64,000 nt of DNA, taken from a bacterium. GTDB taxonomy: Bacteria; Electryoneota; Electryoneia; Electryoneales; Electryoneaceae. Position numbers and translations under genes: made by a program. Below the pieces are notes generated by a model that did not search any database, was not told where the DNA came from, and was given only the letters and a program-made list of their open reading frames with translations. The stretch is from positions 64,001-128,000 of the forward strand of contig OY769902.1 in NCBI GenBank assembly GCA_963669175.1, read 5' to 3'. Shown here in pieces: positions 1 through 10,146 of this stretch (its first letter is position 1; the number at the start of each line of letters is the position of its first letter).

Positions 1-430
1 TGATCTTCACTTTGCTGGGGCGTTTTTCGAGATTTACGGTCAGCATGCCGTTTCGATATTCAGCGCTTACAGTATCCGCACACACAACCGCAGGTAATCG
101 GAATGTCCGCTCAAAGGGACCGTACGTTACTTCCATAAGGTGATACTGCCTGCGGGGTGCATCCTTTTCCTGGCGGGCGCCTTTGAGAATCAGCAAATCA
201 CGCTGGAGGGTTAATTCTACATCTTTGACTGAAATACCGGAAATGTCTATCACCAGTACAATGTGAGTTTCGGTTTCAAACATGTCAGCGGCTGGCCGCC
301 ATCCCTCATCGCCTGGCATCATGGCCGGACGCAACCCGCCAAAGGCGAACTCAAAATAGCTGTCCAGATCACCGAACTGCCCTTTATCCGGTGACAGGAT
401 TTCCACTTTCTTACTGGCCGTGTCCATCAT
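1..430 (-). CDS. Hsp20/alpha-crystallin small heat-shock protein (3' end runs off the window)
   Basis: Not in the ORF track. Manual translation from ATG 430: MMDTASKK...WRPAADMFETETHIVLVIDISG...MEVTYGPFERTFRLP...AEYRNGMLTVNLEK, with the Hsp20 motifs 'GxFERxFxLP' and 'AxYxNGxL'. Purine-rich RBS upstream. Confidence 0.9.
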   Translation of the reverse strand, partial: MMDTASKKVEILSPDKGQFGDLDSYFEFAFGGLRPAMMPGDEGWRPAADMFETETHIVLVIDISGISVKDVELTLQRDLLILKGARQEKDAPRRQYHLMEVTYGPFERTFRLPAVVCADTVSAEYRNGMLTVNLEKRPSKVKI

Positions 431-556
431 CCACTCCCCTCTTTCCAGGTGGATCGTTTCGCTCCTGCAAAATAATACGTCCAATCAGCAGCAGATGTTT
501 CTCGATTTCAGCATACAAACTACGCTATCAGAGCCAGAATCACTATGGTTCAGCAT

Positions 557-579
557 AAAAAACCCGGCTTTTGCCGGGT
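557..579 (-). terminator. Intrinsic terminator downstream of the dksA-like gene
   Basis: Minus strand ACCCGGC-AAAA-GCCGGGT followed by a T run. Confidence 0.7.
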
Positions 580-676
580 AGTAGAATCTATATCGAAAAA
601 AGAATGTAGCTCACCTGAAGAACCGATAAACAAACGTGTTCACCGGTCATGGAACATGGGCTGTACCTGTAAATGG

Positions 677-1129
677 TTACCGTCCAGTTTCTTCACGCGC
701 ACGCTTGGCCTCGATTGAAAGGGTCGCATGGGGCACTGCTTCCAGCCGCTTAAACTGGATGGGCCGTCCTGTATCACGGCAATACCCATAAGTCCCGTTC
801 TTCATCCTGGACAAAGCGGCATTCAAGTGTTGCAGGAACTTGCGCTCCCGCTGAATCATCATGAAAAGCTTCTCACGTTCCTGCGCATCGGTGCCATGCT
901 CAGCCATATGCAACGAATAGGTTGAATTGTCACCGGTGTAGTCGCCAACCGTCTGCAATGCTGCATCTTCCAGTGATGCAAGATTGGCTTCTGTCGTGGA
1001 GATCTTTTCCAGGATGAGATTACGGAAATAGGGCATATCCTCAGGCGTATACCTGCGGACGCCATCATCCGGCACATCCTGCGCCTTGTCCTTTGCCGGC
1101 TCGTGCGGTTTCTTCTTCTTGTCCGTCAC
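677..1129 (-). CDS. dksA: DksA/TraR family transcription factor (single-Cys type)
   Basis: Coiled coil with HMAEHGTDAQERE; C-terminus GTYGYCRDTGRPIQFKRLEAVPHATLSIEAK. Confidence 0.85.
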   Translation of the reverse strand: MTDKKKKPHEPAKDKAQDVPDDGVRRYTPEDMPYFRNLILEKISTTEANLASLEDAALQTVGDYTGDNSTYSLHMAEHGTDAQEREKLFMMIQRERKFLQHLNAALSRMKNGTYGYCRDTGRPIQFKRLEAVPHATLSIEAKRAREETGR

Positions 1130-1307
1130 AACTGCCTCACTGCTTCGTAACCGGGGTTACCCCCCTGAATGTGTGTGCAAGCACGCAGTAAGATAATGTG
1201 TTTCATACCCGGAAACCAGATGTGTCAACTCGTCTATACATTGCAAAAAATGATAGTGAGACCGTATAAACCCCGGCTAATTAAATGAAATTCCGCTCAT
1301 TACAGGA

Positions 1308-2078
1308 TTACGCCTTTTCTGCATTCTCCTCCTGTTCAGGGGGGCTAACGCCATGAAGGTCCAGAATCTTCACCCCCTCTGCATAGTCTATTTCTTTCAG
1401 CTCACGTAAGGCCAGCATTTTATCAACAAGCAATTTCATGCGCTTTATCTGGCTGCGAACTTTGTCATGCTGCAGCGCCTGCAGATCCGAATCCTCTTTC
1501 TTCATGTCCGCAAGATCTACGGCCCCCTGCATGATCGCCAGGGGATTGTTAAACTCATGCGCTATAGTCATTGCCAACTGCGCCACAGTGGACAGTTGCT
1601 GAGCCTGGATCTCCATTTTGATTGACCGCTGAAGACGTAACTGCGTTCGCACCCTTGCCATCAATTCAATAGCCTTGAAAGGTTTGGTGATATAATCTAC
1701 AGCGCCTATCTCGAAACCGGCCACAACATCATCACTTTCTGTCTTGGCCGTGAGAAAGATTACCGGGATTGAAGCAGTCTCTTCGTCCTCCTTCAGCCGT
1801 TTGCAGACAGTCATACCATCAATCCCGGGCATCATGATGTCCAGGAGGATCAAGTCCGGATTGGCCTTTTTCACCAGGTTCAGCGCCTGCTCGCCATCTG
1901 TCGCGAAGGAAACCCGGCATCCCTCCTTATCCAGTACGGTTCCGAGCACCTGTAAATTCTGAGGCGTGTCATCGACGATAAGAATCTTCGCCCCCTTTGT
2001 AGACTCACAGGTATCCGGTATAGTGAAATCACTGACATTCACGTCAGTGTCGCCAGCCGAGGTGTTTTTATCTGTCAT
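1308..2078 (-). CDS. Response regulator with REC domain and HisKA-like dimerisation helix, no ATPase domain
   Basis: ILIVDD...DLILLDIMMP...DYITKPF, then AHEFNNPL H-box. ATG 2078 overlaps the stop of the upstream kinase. Confidence 0.85.
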   Translation of the reverse strand: MTDKNTSAGDTDVNVSDFTIPDTCESTKGAKILIVDDTPQNLQVLGTVLDKEGCRVSFATDGEQALNLVKKANPDLILLDIMMPGIDGMTVCKRLKEDEETASIPVIFLTAKTESDDVVAGFEIGAVDYITKPFKAIELMARVRTQLRLQRSIKMEIQAQQLSTVAQLAMTIAHEFNNPLAIMQGAVDLADMKKEDSDLQALQHDKVRSQIKRMKLLVDKMLALRELKEIDYAEGVKILDLHGVSPPEQEENAEKA

Positions 2079-5000
2079 CGGATTGTCTCCTGACTTCCTC
2101 CAGAATATCACCGAAGTAAGCTAAGGTACCCGGTAATCGTTTGACATCAAATTGTGAAGCCTGTTGATGCAAAGTAGTAGCCCATTGGGTTAATGCCTTA
2201 TGCTTATTACGATCCCCGATATCCATGAGATCCTGTGCAAAGGTCTTAATTTCATCAACATATAAAGTTTCCTGTAACTCTTTCCACCTCTCCTCAAGAG
2301 CAATGTCTTTGAGTTCATCCAGTTCCTGCCAGTTGCTGTCTTCAAGACCCAATCCCGTTTTTTCAATTTCCTGACCAGTATCCTTAGTTAGCATTGTTGC
2401 ATCATCATATGGCAGAAGCCGGGCCAATTCCTTCACAAAATCTTCCAGCGAGGTCGGCTTTTTCAGGTACCCGCTATAGCCTGCGCTGAGCATTTTGTCA
2501 GCAGTGCCTTTCATGGCAGATGCAGTCAGCGAAATCACCGGTATTTTGGAAAGATCCTTGTGTGCCTTCAGAATTTTGATTGTCTCCATACCGTCCAGCA
2601 CCGGCATGACCATATCCAGCAATATGATATCTGGTTTGTGCTTGCGTGCCATTTCAATGCCTTCACGCCCATTCTCCGCCTCTATACACGTGAGTTTCAA
2701 CCGATCCAGGTAAATTCGCGCAAGACTGCGGTTAACCGGGGAATCATCAACCACCAGAACCGTAGCTGGCCTGAATCGTATATTAGTGACAGCAACTTCT
2801 TTTATTGTTGATTCCTTTTCTTTGAGTTTTTTCGCTTTCACCTTTTTAAACATCAGAATAAAATGGCTGCCTTTCCCTTTTTCACTTTCAACTTTTATCG
2901 ATCCACCCATCATTTCCACTAGTCGTTGCGTGATAGTCAACCCCAGCCCGGTCCCGCCAAACTCCGCATTCCTTTGGCCTTTCTGTTGTACAAACGCATT
3001 AAAAATTGTACTCACCTGGTCTTCAGGGATTCCTATCCCGGTGTCGCTGACCTTGATTTTAATATCCACACTCTGCGGTTGAGATCGGTTTTTCCTGGCG
3101 TCCAGAACAACTCGCACTTCTCCCTTTTTTGTAAACTTGATTGCATTACCGACAAGATTGATCAGGACTTGACGGAACCTGACCTCATCACCAACAATAG
3201 CCTCAGGCACAGCGTCTGAAATATCGACAGAAAACGCCAGTTTCTTTTCACGGGCCTTCAAGTCAAACATCTGTTGAATTTCACGCCCCATGACAGACAA
3301 TGAAAATTCCGAAGGTTGCAATTCAAGTTTGCCCGCTTCAATTTTCGAGAGATCCAGAATATCGTCGATCAGTTTCAGAAGGGTCTGGGCGCTGGAAGAG
3401 ATGGTGCCAATGTATTCCAATTGACGCGCATCGGTAACTTCCTGTCCAAGTATATCAGAGAAGCCGAGAATCGCATTCATGGGTGTGCGAATCTCGTGGC
3501 TGACATTCGCAAGAAACTGGGATTTCATCCGGTCTGCTTCTTCAGCGCGCTGTTTCGCTTCTCGCAACTGTCGCGCTACTTCCCGGGATTCTGTTATATC
3601 CATTTGAATTCCGGCCATCTGTACCGGTTTCCCCTCTTCATCACGAGCCACTACTTTCCCCGCATTGAAGATCCAGATGTAATGCCCATTCTTGTGTTTC
3701 AGTCGATATTCCATCTCATAGATCTCGGTGTCGCCCTGAAGGTGTTTCTGAGTCGCTTCGAGAACCTGGCCGATATCATCCGGATGAACACGCTCCGACC
3801 AGGAGTCCACATCAAAAGCTTTCTCTTCGGGTGTGTAGCCCAGCATTTGTAAAAAACGCTCGTCATAGAGTGTAGAATTTGATTCGATATTCCATTCCCA
3901 TAATCCCAACTCAGCGCCTTCCAGCGCTGCGAAAAGCCGTTCTCGTTGTTTATCTGCCTCTCGCCGCATCTCCAGCAGTTCAGTGATATCCTGCGCGGTG
4001 CCACGATACCCAACAAGCTTGCCAAACCGGTCGAACATCGGTTCACCGGATACACGCTGCCATGTAATTCGACCATCCGGCCAGACAATCTTATGCTCAA
4101 GATTTTTAAACGAGATCCCTTTGTAGCCGATTCGCAAGAACTCGTCCTGCAAACGCTCGACCTCTTCCTTTGGCATGAAATCAAATACTGTTTTCCCTAT
4201 TACTTCCTCTTTCTTTCGCCCCAGGATGGTCTCAATCCTGTCTGATACAAACGTATATAGCCCCTCGGAATCCATCTCCCAGAAGTATTCTCCAGCGGCA
4301 AAGGCAACATCTCGAAACCTTTTTTCGCTTTCACGCAACTCGTTTTCGATTTTAACCTGATCCGTAATATCCGCAGCCACCAACAAAACAGCTACCTGTC
4401 CAAGGTCCAGCGGAACTGCCGAATACTTGATCCATTGAATGGGATCGTCTTCAACCTGAACACCCAGGATACGCCCCTCAACAGCTTTACCAGTCTTTAG
4501 AACAATTGCACTGGACAGATCTTCCGGAAGAACACGTTGTCCTTCACGATCATAGTAGTTCAGGTTCTCAGGATGATAACTGCCCTCAGGACCGGGAGGT
4601 TCTTTGAGTCCAAGCAATTCCATGCCTTTCTTATTCGCATCAATGATTCTTCCATCTTTGCAAATAACTGCATAACCGATTGGTGAAGATTCAAAGATGG
4701 TTTTATAAATCTGCTGTTGAGTCTCGTAGGCCTGAACTGTGGCTTGAGCTTCCTTTTTGCTTCGCCAGTCGCGAAGGGTTCGCCTTAGTGTGTGCCCCAG
4801 TACCCGTAAAGTCTGCTCGGATTTCGGAATATAATCCATGGCGCCTTTTTTCATGATTTCCACGGCTGTTTTTTCATCGCCATGGCCAGTCATAACAATG
4901 AAAGGACAAGCCGAATTTTCCGGATCAACAGGCAGTAATTCTGTCCCCTGCCCATCGCCCAGGTACAAATCCGTTACAACAATATCCGGTGATTTATGTT

Positions 5001-5145
5001 CAAGAGCGAAACGCGCCTGTTTCAGGGAGTGAACCCAGGTAACCTGCCAGGCATCATCATCCTTTTCAAGAGTGCTCTGCACAATCTGGGCATGCTGCTT
5101 GTCATCTTCAACCAGCAGAACATTGACAGACTTCGCTTTCCCCAT
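2068..5145 (-). CDS. Cytoplasmic hybrid sensor histidine kinase (REC-PASx3-HisKA-HATPase-REC)
   Basis: N-terminal REC (LLVEDD), PAS/PAC repeats, FLANVSHEIRTPMNAI, NLVGNAIKFT, GGTGLGL, second REC. GGAGG upstream of ATG 5145. Confidence 0.93.
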   Translation of the reverse strand: MGKAKSVNVLLVEDDKQHAQIVQSTLEKDDDAWQVTWVHSLKQARFALEHKSPDIVVTDLYLGDGQGTELLPVDPENSACPFIVMTGHGDEKTAVEIMKKGAMDYIPKSEQTLRVLGHTLRRTLRDWRSKKEAQATVQAYETQQQIYKTIFESSPIGYAVICKDGRIIDANKKGMELLGLKEPPGPEGSYHPENLNYYDREGQRVLPEDLSSAIVLKTGKAVEGRILGVQVEDDPIQWIKYSAVPLDLGQVAVLLVAADITDQVKIENELRESEKRFRDVAFAAGEYFWEMDSEGLYTFVSDRIETILGRKKEEVIGKTVFDFMPKEEVERLQDEFLRIGYKGISFKNLEHKIVWPDGRITWQRVSGEPMFDRFGKLVGYRGTAQDITELLEMRREADKQRERLFAALEGAELGLWEWNIESNSTLYDERFLQMLGYTPEEKAFDVDSWSERVHPDDIGQVLEATQKHLQGDTEIYEMEYRLKHKNGHYIWIFNAGKVVARDEEGKPVQMAGIQMDITESREVARQLREAKQRAEEADRMKSQFLANVSHEIRTPMNAILGFSDILGQEVTDARQLEYIGTISSSAQTLLKLIDDILDLSKIEAGKLELQPSEFSLSVMGREIQQMFDLKAREKKLAFSVDISDAVPEAIVGDEVRFRQVLINLVGNAIKFTKKGEVRVVLDARKNRSQPQSVDIKIKVSDTGIGIPEDQVSTIFNAFVQQKGQRNAEFGGTGLGLTITQRLVEMMGGSIKVESEKGKGSHFILMFKKVKAKKLKEKESTIKEVAVTNIRFRPATVLVVDDSPVNRSLARIYLDRLKLTCIEAENGREGIEMARKHKPDIILLDMVMPVLDGMETIKILKAHKDLSKIPVISLTASAMKGTADKMLSAGYSGYLKKPTSLEDFVKELARLLPYDDATMLTKDTGQEIEKTGLGLEDSNWQELDELKDIALEERWKELQETLYVDEIKTFAQDLMDIGDRNKHKALTQWATTLHQQASQFDVKRLPGTLAYFGDILEEVRRQSDDR

Positions 5146-5283
5146 CGCTCCCTCCGGTTCACTACCAACAAGCATGTATTAGTAGTTGACACAGAATATT
5201 TCTATCAGCAATGACCATACCGATCATATAAAACAAGATATATTGCTGTTCTCGATTTTATTCCGTCATAATGGAGATTGCCG

Positions 5284-5474
5284 GGAAAAGGGGACGGGAT
5301 CCTTTTCCTCGCGCGCATATGAAACACTCTCGCCGAACTTGTGGAAAAGGAAACTGTACCCTTTTCCGTGTACGTCCTGCCTGCTCTCAAGAAAAAGGGT
5401 ACAGCCACCTTTCCCGGTCCATGCTCACAGCGGGAAGGCTTTGCCCAAGGGAAAGGAAACTGTCCCCTTTTTCC
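5284..5474. repeat. Cluster of short GAAAAGG...CCTTTTC palindromes (modules A/D of the composite repeat)
   Basis: GGAAAAGGGGACGGGATCCTTTTCC, GGAAAAGGAAACTGTACCCTTTTCC, AAAAGGGTACAGCCACCTTTCC and AAAGGAAACTGTCCCCTTTT; the same motifs recur near 56947, 60074, 60460, 30290 and 45580. Confidence 0.8.
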
Positions 5475-5973
5475 ATATCCTTATCCTTTATTCCAACCAT
5501 ATGGTTGACCTTTCACTGATCTGGCACATGACCACATGACGGAATAATAATGGGAATCGCTATAGCAATCAAATCATCATTTGCAGTATAAAAATGATAC
5601 TAATTCAATGTGACGCGGGTCACATTATTGGATTCTTGGGTTTCACCAGGCTCCATCGAGCATATGAAAAATCAGACTCGCTTGCTTTTTTATTATCAAT
5701 TACACACAATCGTCAACACCGCAATGCGCTTAAATACAACCACTTAAAACCAGAACAAGCAGAATTAGCCATGTGATTATATACTAAACTTAACCGCATC
5801 TTTCCCCGGCCAGAGTCAACTATCCGGAATCACAGGAGCTTTCCTGCCTACAAGGTACTTTTTACGCAGACAAAAAACGCGGGTTGTTCGGCCCCCTGTT
5901 CGAGAAAAGAGACTTCCGCCCCGAACAACCCAATCGCGAGCAGGGGTGACTGGAAGATAGCGAGGAGGCTATC

Positions 5974-8463
5974 ATGAGCGAATACTCCCGCTTTCGGTTC
6001 CTGGACCCGTTTATCTGGTTCATCGCAGTACTGTTTATTCTGTTGCTGGCATTCGCAGGTGTTGTCTGTGCCCAGCCCAACATTCCACAAGCCACCCCGG
6101 TCGTCGGAGCTGAGATTCTCCAGATCGAAACCATGGCTCTCAGCGGCGCCGAAACTCGAATTGTCGTATCCACTTTCAGCCCAAATTCCCTGATGTACGC
6201 GGATATGGACCACAGTGTCAGCCCGCCAACCCCAACCGCATGGCAGGCTGTTCCGGATATGGACATGAATGCAGGTTACGGCTATGATGTCGTGGGATTA
6301 GCCTGTGATGGAGTTAGTGGTTTCATTTACGCTTCCCACAATGATTCCGGCCTGGTTGGACTGGATTGCACCCCCGGATCCCTTTTCAACATTGATCCAC
6401 GGGAAGCGTTGGATGTGGAAGTGTATGACTCACACCTCTACTATGTAATCGCTGACACGGCAACGACCAGCCTGTACCTGTACTGGCGAACGATCAACCC
6501 AAGTGGAACGGTCAACTCGCCCGACAGCCTGCTCGTTTCATCGTCCTTTGTAAAAGATGGCATGCCGCCGAATATCATGGTCAGCCCGAGCACGCAGCAG
6601 GTCTATGTCTTCATTCAAGGCACGCCACCTGCACTCTATCGCACCTCTGATCTGTACAACAGTCTGAGCAGCGCTTCGACAACTTTAACCGGCTTGCCCT
6701 TGACCGATGTAGCAGCTACCGGAAATATATACGCTTACTCCGGTATTGCCCCGGATGGACGTATCATTCTGGCAGGCTATTCTTTCCTGGCCAATCCACC
6801 TTACGCCTATGTAGCCTATTCGGATGACGAAGGCGATCCCTGGACTACATACGATGTCCCCACCCAGCACTCCAGCTTCGGCAACGATATCGCCTTCTCC
6901 GGCAACAGCAGTGCATACCATGTATACATCGGCAGGATGGTCAGCGACGCAGAAGGCACCAGTGGTTCCTGGTCATGGATGCCGACGACTACCAGCGGCG
7001 CAGCGCCACGCAATAGCTTTGTAGGCGTTGATCCCAACGACAACAACTATATCTATATCCGCACCAATTGGGGTATGGCTTATTCGGATACACGCGGCAA
7101 TCCGCTCTATGACATGAACGACGACATGTACGCCCTGCAGGTGAATGATTTCGACCAGGAATACATTAAGGAAGACAGTTGGGTGGCTACCCTTTCCGGC
7201 ATCTGGTATGTGGAAGACTATCAGACCAGCCCGGTCTGGACTGCCCACCCAATCTGGCCCGGCGGTGACACACGCCCCTACTACTCTGTCGCAACGACTG
7301 TCACGGCGGATACTGTCTATGCCGGGAACTCGGGCGTGATCTACCGATACGACACCTCCAGCGGTCCGGTCAGCGACATGGCCTTTACCCAGCTTTTTGA
7401 TGGTCACACCTATTACGACATGTACCACGGCGAAACCTGCATTGCCTATGACTCCACCTCGTCTATCGGTGGCATCGAACGAATCGCTGTTGGTTTCAAC
7501 GACATGTCTGTCCTGGGCGACACGCTGCCTCGTGGAGGGATCATAGTCGGCACCAACAGCGGCGGCTGGAACTGGCTGGAAATCACTGGCGGCGCTATTC
7601 CTTCAGACGGTGCAGACATCAACGATATCGTGGTCGTAGATGAAAGCGGCGTCAGTGTGATCTATGCTGCCACTAATTATGAGATGAACGCTTTCGGCAC
7701 GACACGTTCCATCTACCGTGTAGAAGAACTGCCCGGTGGCGGCTGGGACGCTCCATCCCAGGACATGCTGAATGCGTACCAGAATATCAGCGCCAGCATC
7801 TTTGACCTGGAAGTGGCCCACAACGGTGACCTGTACGCCTGCGGCACCGACGCCGGCGGCAATCACCCGGTAATCTATCAGAAGGTCGCCGGTGGTTTGC
7901 AGTGGAACAGCCTTACGCTTACCCTTACCGGTCTGCCTTCAGATGGCATTGCCCACGCTGTCACGTACGACAATACCCTGGGTGACCTGTACATCGCGGT
8001 CAACCATGAAGTGTATGTACTGACCAGCGGCGCTTCATCCTGGAGCCTGTATTCTTCCTACCCGGTCGGCACCGATATACAGTTCATGTACTACGACGAG
8101 CTGATGGTCGGAACCGGAACCGGCTTGTACGCACACATTCCAGACACGGATGCGGAAGAACGGAACACCGAGAACCTGCTGCCCGAAACTTTCGAACTGG
8201 GTCAGCCTTATCCCAACCCGTTCAACGCGACCATGGCCGTAGAACTGACCCTTCCAAGGGCAACCGAAGTGCATGCTGAAGTTTATAACGTCAATGGACG
8301 ACTGGTGACAACGCTTGTCAATCAGGGCCTTGCCGCAGGAAACCACCGCCTGGTATGGCATGGCAATACGGATGCTGGCATCACCGCATCATCCGGAATG
8401 TATTTCCTGAAAGTCAATGTCGGTGATACGGTGCAGATGAGAAGAATGACGCTGATCAAATAG
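5974..8463 (+). CDS. Secreted beta-propeller-like protein with Por/T9SS-type (FlgD-Ig) C-terminal domain
   Basis: Hydrophobic signal peptide, BNR-like 'YSDDEGDPW', C-terminus LGQPYPNPFN...SSGMYFLKV...RRMTLIK. GAGGAGG RBS. Confidence 0.8.
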   Translation: MSEYSRFRFLDPFIWFIAVLFILLLAFAGVVCAQPNIPQATPVVGAEILQIETMALSGAETRIVVSTFSPNSLMYADMDHSVSPPTPTAWQAVPDMDMNAGYGYDVVGLACDGVSGFIYASHNDSGLVGLDCTPGSLFNIDPREALDVEVYDSHLYYVIADTATTSLYLYWRTINPSGTVNSPDSLLVSSSFVKDGMPPNIMVSPSTQQVYVFIQGTPPALYRTSDLYNSLSSASTTLTGLPLTDVAATGNIYAYSGIAPDGRIILAGYSFLANPPYAYVAYSDDEGDPWTTYDVPTQHSSFGNDIAFSGNSSAYHVYIGRMVSDAEGTSGSWSWMPTTTSGAAPRNSFVGVDPNDNNYIYIRTNWGMAYSDTRGNPLYDMNDDMYALQVNDFDQEYIKEDSWVATLSGIWYVEDYQTSPVWTAHPIWPGGDTRPYYSVATTVTADTVYAGNSGVIYRYDTSSGPVSDMAFTQLFDGHTYYDMYHGETCIAYDSTSSIGGIERIAVGFNDMSVLGDTLPRGGIIVGTNSGGWNWLEITGGAIPSDGADINDIVVVDESGVSVIYAATNYEMNAFGTTRSIYRVEELPGGGWDAPSQDMLNAYQNISASIFDLEVAHNGDLYACGTDAGGNHPVIYQKVAGGLQWNSLTLTLTGLPSDGIAHAVTYDNTLGDLYIAVNHEVYVLTSGASSWSLYSSYPVGTDIQFMYYDELMVGTGTGLYAHIPDTDAEERNTENLLPETFELGQPYPNPFNATMAVELTLPRATEVHAEVYNVNGRLVTTLVNQGLAAGNHRLVWHGNTDAGITASSGMYFLKVNVGDTVQMRRMTLIK

Positions 8464-8478
8464 TACAAAACACATTTC

Positions 8479-8521
8479 CTGTAATCGCGGGGAATCAGGT
8501 CGGAATCCCCGCGATTACAGG
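8479..8521 (+). terminator. Strong hairpin directly after the stop codon (terminator or processing stem)
   Basis: CTGTAATCGCGGGGA...TCCCCGCGATTACAG 15-bp inverted repeat; no U-tract. Confidence 0.5.
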
Positions 8522-8524
8522 ACG

Positions 8525-9060
8525 TGCCGGACAGTATAACCACCGTTAAAAATCGTTCTTGGTCCCGAAGGGACGAAACATGAATAGGATGTGCCGGACA
8601 GTATAACAACCGTTAATAGAATCGTTCGGCTGCTCACAAGAATTTGTGCATATTATCGACGAGCACGTTTCGTCAGGTCTTGACGTGATGCCTTTTTCTT
8701 GTTCTTCTCCACAATTTCAGACATCTATCTGACTTCACACATGCCATTTCGCATGATAGATCATCATCAAGCATCACGTTGTGACCTGACGATAGCGAGA
8801 GTGCTGATACCGGTGGCAGGTCACAACGCGACAATAACAGGACGAGAGGTGGTTTCAGTATCATCGTGTATTCGGGAAAACATCGCGAAAGCCGAAAACG
8901 GACCGTCGCGTCAAGACCTGCCACAACATTGCCCGGTTGCACAAATTCTTGTGTGGAACCAATCGTTCTTGGTCCCGAAGGGACGAAACGTGAATAGCGC
9001 GGGTCGCAAGCCCCGGGAAACAAACGACAACAACATTTCCACCCCGCAGGGGTGGCACAT
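8525..9060. repeat. Tandem ~66-68-bp duplication and REP-like palindromes interrupted by the MITE
   Basis: GTGCCGGACAGTATAAC..CCGTTAA...AATCGTTCTTGGTCCCGAAGGGACGAAAC occurs twice, the second copy split by the MITE. Hairpins GTCCCGAAGGGAC and ACCCCGCAGGGGT. Confidence 0.75.
8628..8960. mobile_element. 333-bp MITE, copy 1 (non-autonomous, IS256- or IS1595-like ends)
   Basis: TIRs GGCTGCTCACAAGAATTTGTGCA / TGCACAAATTCTTGTGTGGAACC; perfect 8-bp target duplication AATCGTTC (8620-8627, 8961-8968); homologous copy at 50502-50834. Confidence 0.9.
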
Positions 9061-9364
9061 AGAAGAGATATAGAAGAGTACAAAACACCCTTTTCATAAA
9101 CAGAAGGACTTTTCCCAGTCATTCCCTCCCTGCATGCGGGGTAGCCCAACCTCGCAAAGTAGTACCACCCGATCGCAGTGCAACCCGGGCCATGCCCGGG
9201 TTGCGCATTTTAGATTGCTGCACTCCACGCAAGCCAGTGCTCCCCGGCAGCGGGTTGTCTGAACTATTATCCGAGAAAGCCGTCTGATTCTTACCGGATG
9301 TGACCTTGCCCCCCTGTGAAATTCGCTTCCTTTTTGTATATTCCCTCAACCACGGAGGAAACCG

Positions 9365-10141
9365 ATGGCTCGGATCATCACCCTGGCAAGCGGCAAAGGC
9401 GGCACTGGCAAAACCACGGTCGCTTTCCATCTCGCTGCAGCGTTGGCGCACCTGGACCGTTGGGTTCTGGTTATCGATCTTGACCCGCAAGGCTCGCTCA
9501 CGTTTGCCTCGCAAGTGCAGGCGGCGGCGAAAGAAAACGGCACCGTTACCGACGTTTTCACCGGTCGAAAAACCCTCGAACAGGTTATTGTACAGCGTGC
9601 ATCCGCGCCTGAAATGCCCACTTTTGATATTGTCCCAGCGAATGGCAGACTGTCTGACTGGGAATTCAAATACGACCGTCCCGCATGGCATTCCATCTTG
9701 AATCATGACTTGGCGCGTGCGAAAGAGAAATACGACTTCATCCTGATCGATTCTGCCGCGTCTATCGGCATCCTCATGATTAATGCCCTGTTCGCCTCTA
9801 CTGAAGTGATCGCGCCCATACCTCCGGAACCCATGGCCCTGCCGGGTATCAACCGTATCCGTGGTATTATGAGAAACGTGGACAGGAGCTTCCATCACAC
9901 GATTGATGAGTTCCGAATTCTCTTGACACGTTATAACGCAGATCGTCCCACGACAAAAACCACGGAAGATCTGGTCCGTGAAAAATTCCCGGACACCTTC
10001 CGCACCGTCATCCGTGATTCGGCCCTGCTTCCGCGCATCACCGGGGATGGCGTCACGGTTTTCGAGGACTTCTATGGACGCAACCAGGCACAGTCCTTTG
10101 ATCAACTGGCACGTGAGCTGATGCGTATGGGGCAGAAATAG
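9365..10141 (+). CDS. ParA/Soj family ATPase
   Basis: KGGTGKTT deviant Walker A, VLVIDLDPQG, YDFILIDS. GGAGG RBS. Confidence 0.92.
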   Translation: MARIITLASGKGGTGKTTVAFHLAAALAHLDRWVLVIDLDPQGSLTFASQVQAAAKENGTVTDVFTGRKTLEQVIVQRASAPEMPTFDIVPANGRLSDWEFKYDRPAWHSILNHDLARAKEKYDFILIDSAASIGILMINALFASTEVIAPIPPEPMALPGINRIRGIMRNVDRSFHHTIDEFRILLTRYNADRPTTKTTEDLVREKFPDTFRTVIRDSALLPRITGDGVTVFEDFYGRNQAQSFDQLARELMRMGQK

Positions 10142-10146
10142 GAATT

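Noticed and set aside
431-556. CIRCE or heat-shock operator upstream of hsp20
   Set aside because: No TTAGCACTC-N9-GAGTGCTAA match was seen.
8673-9149. ORFs in the MITE (also 50547-50816)
   Set aside because: No transposase motifs, and the frames are not conserved end-to-end between the two copies.
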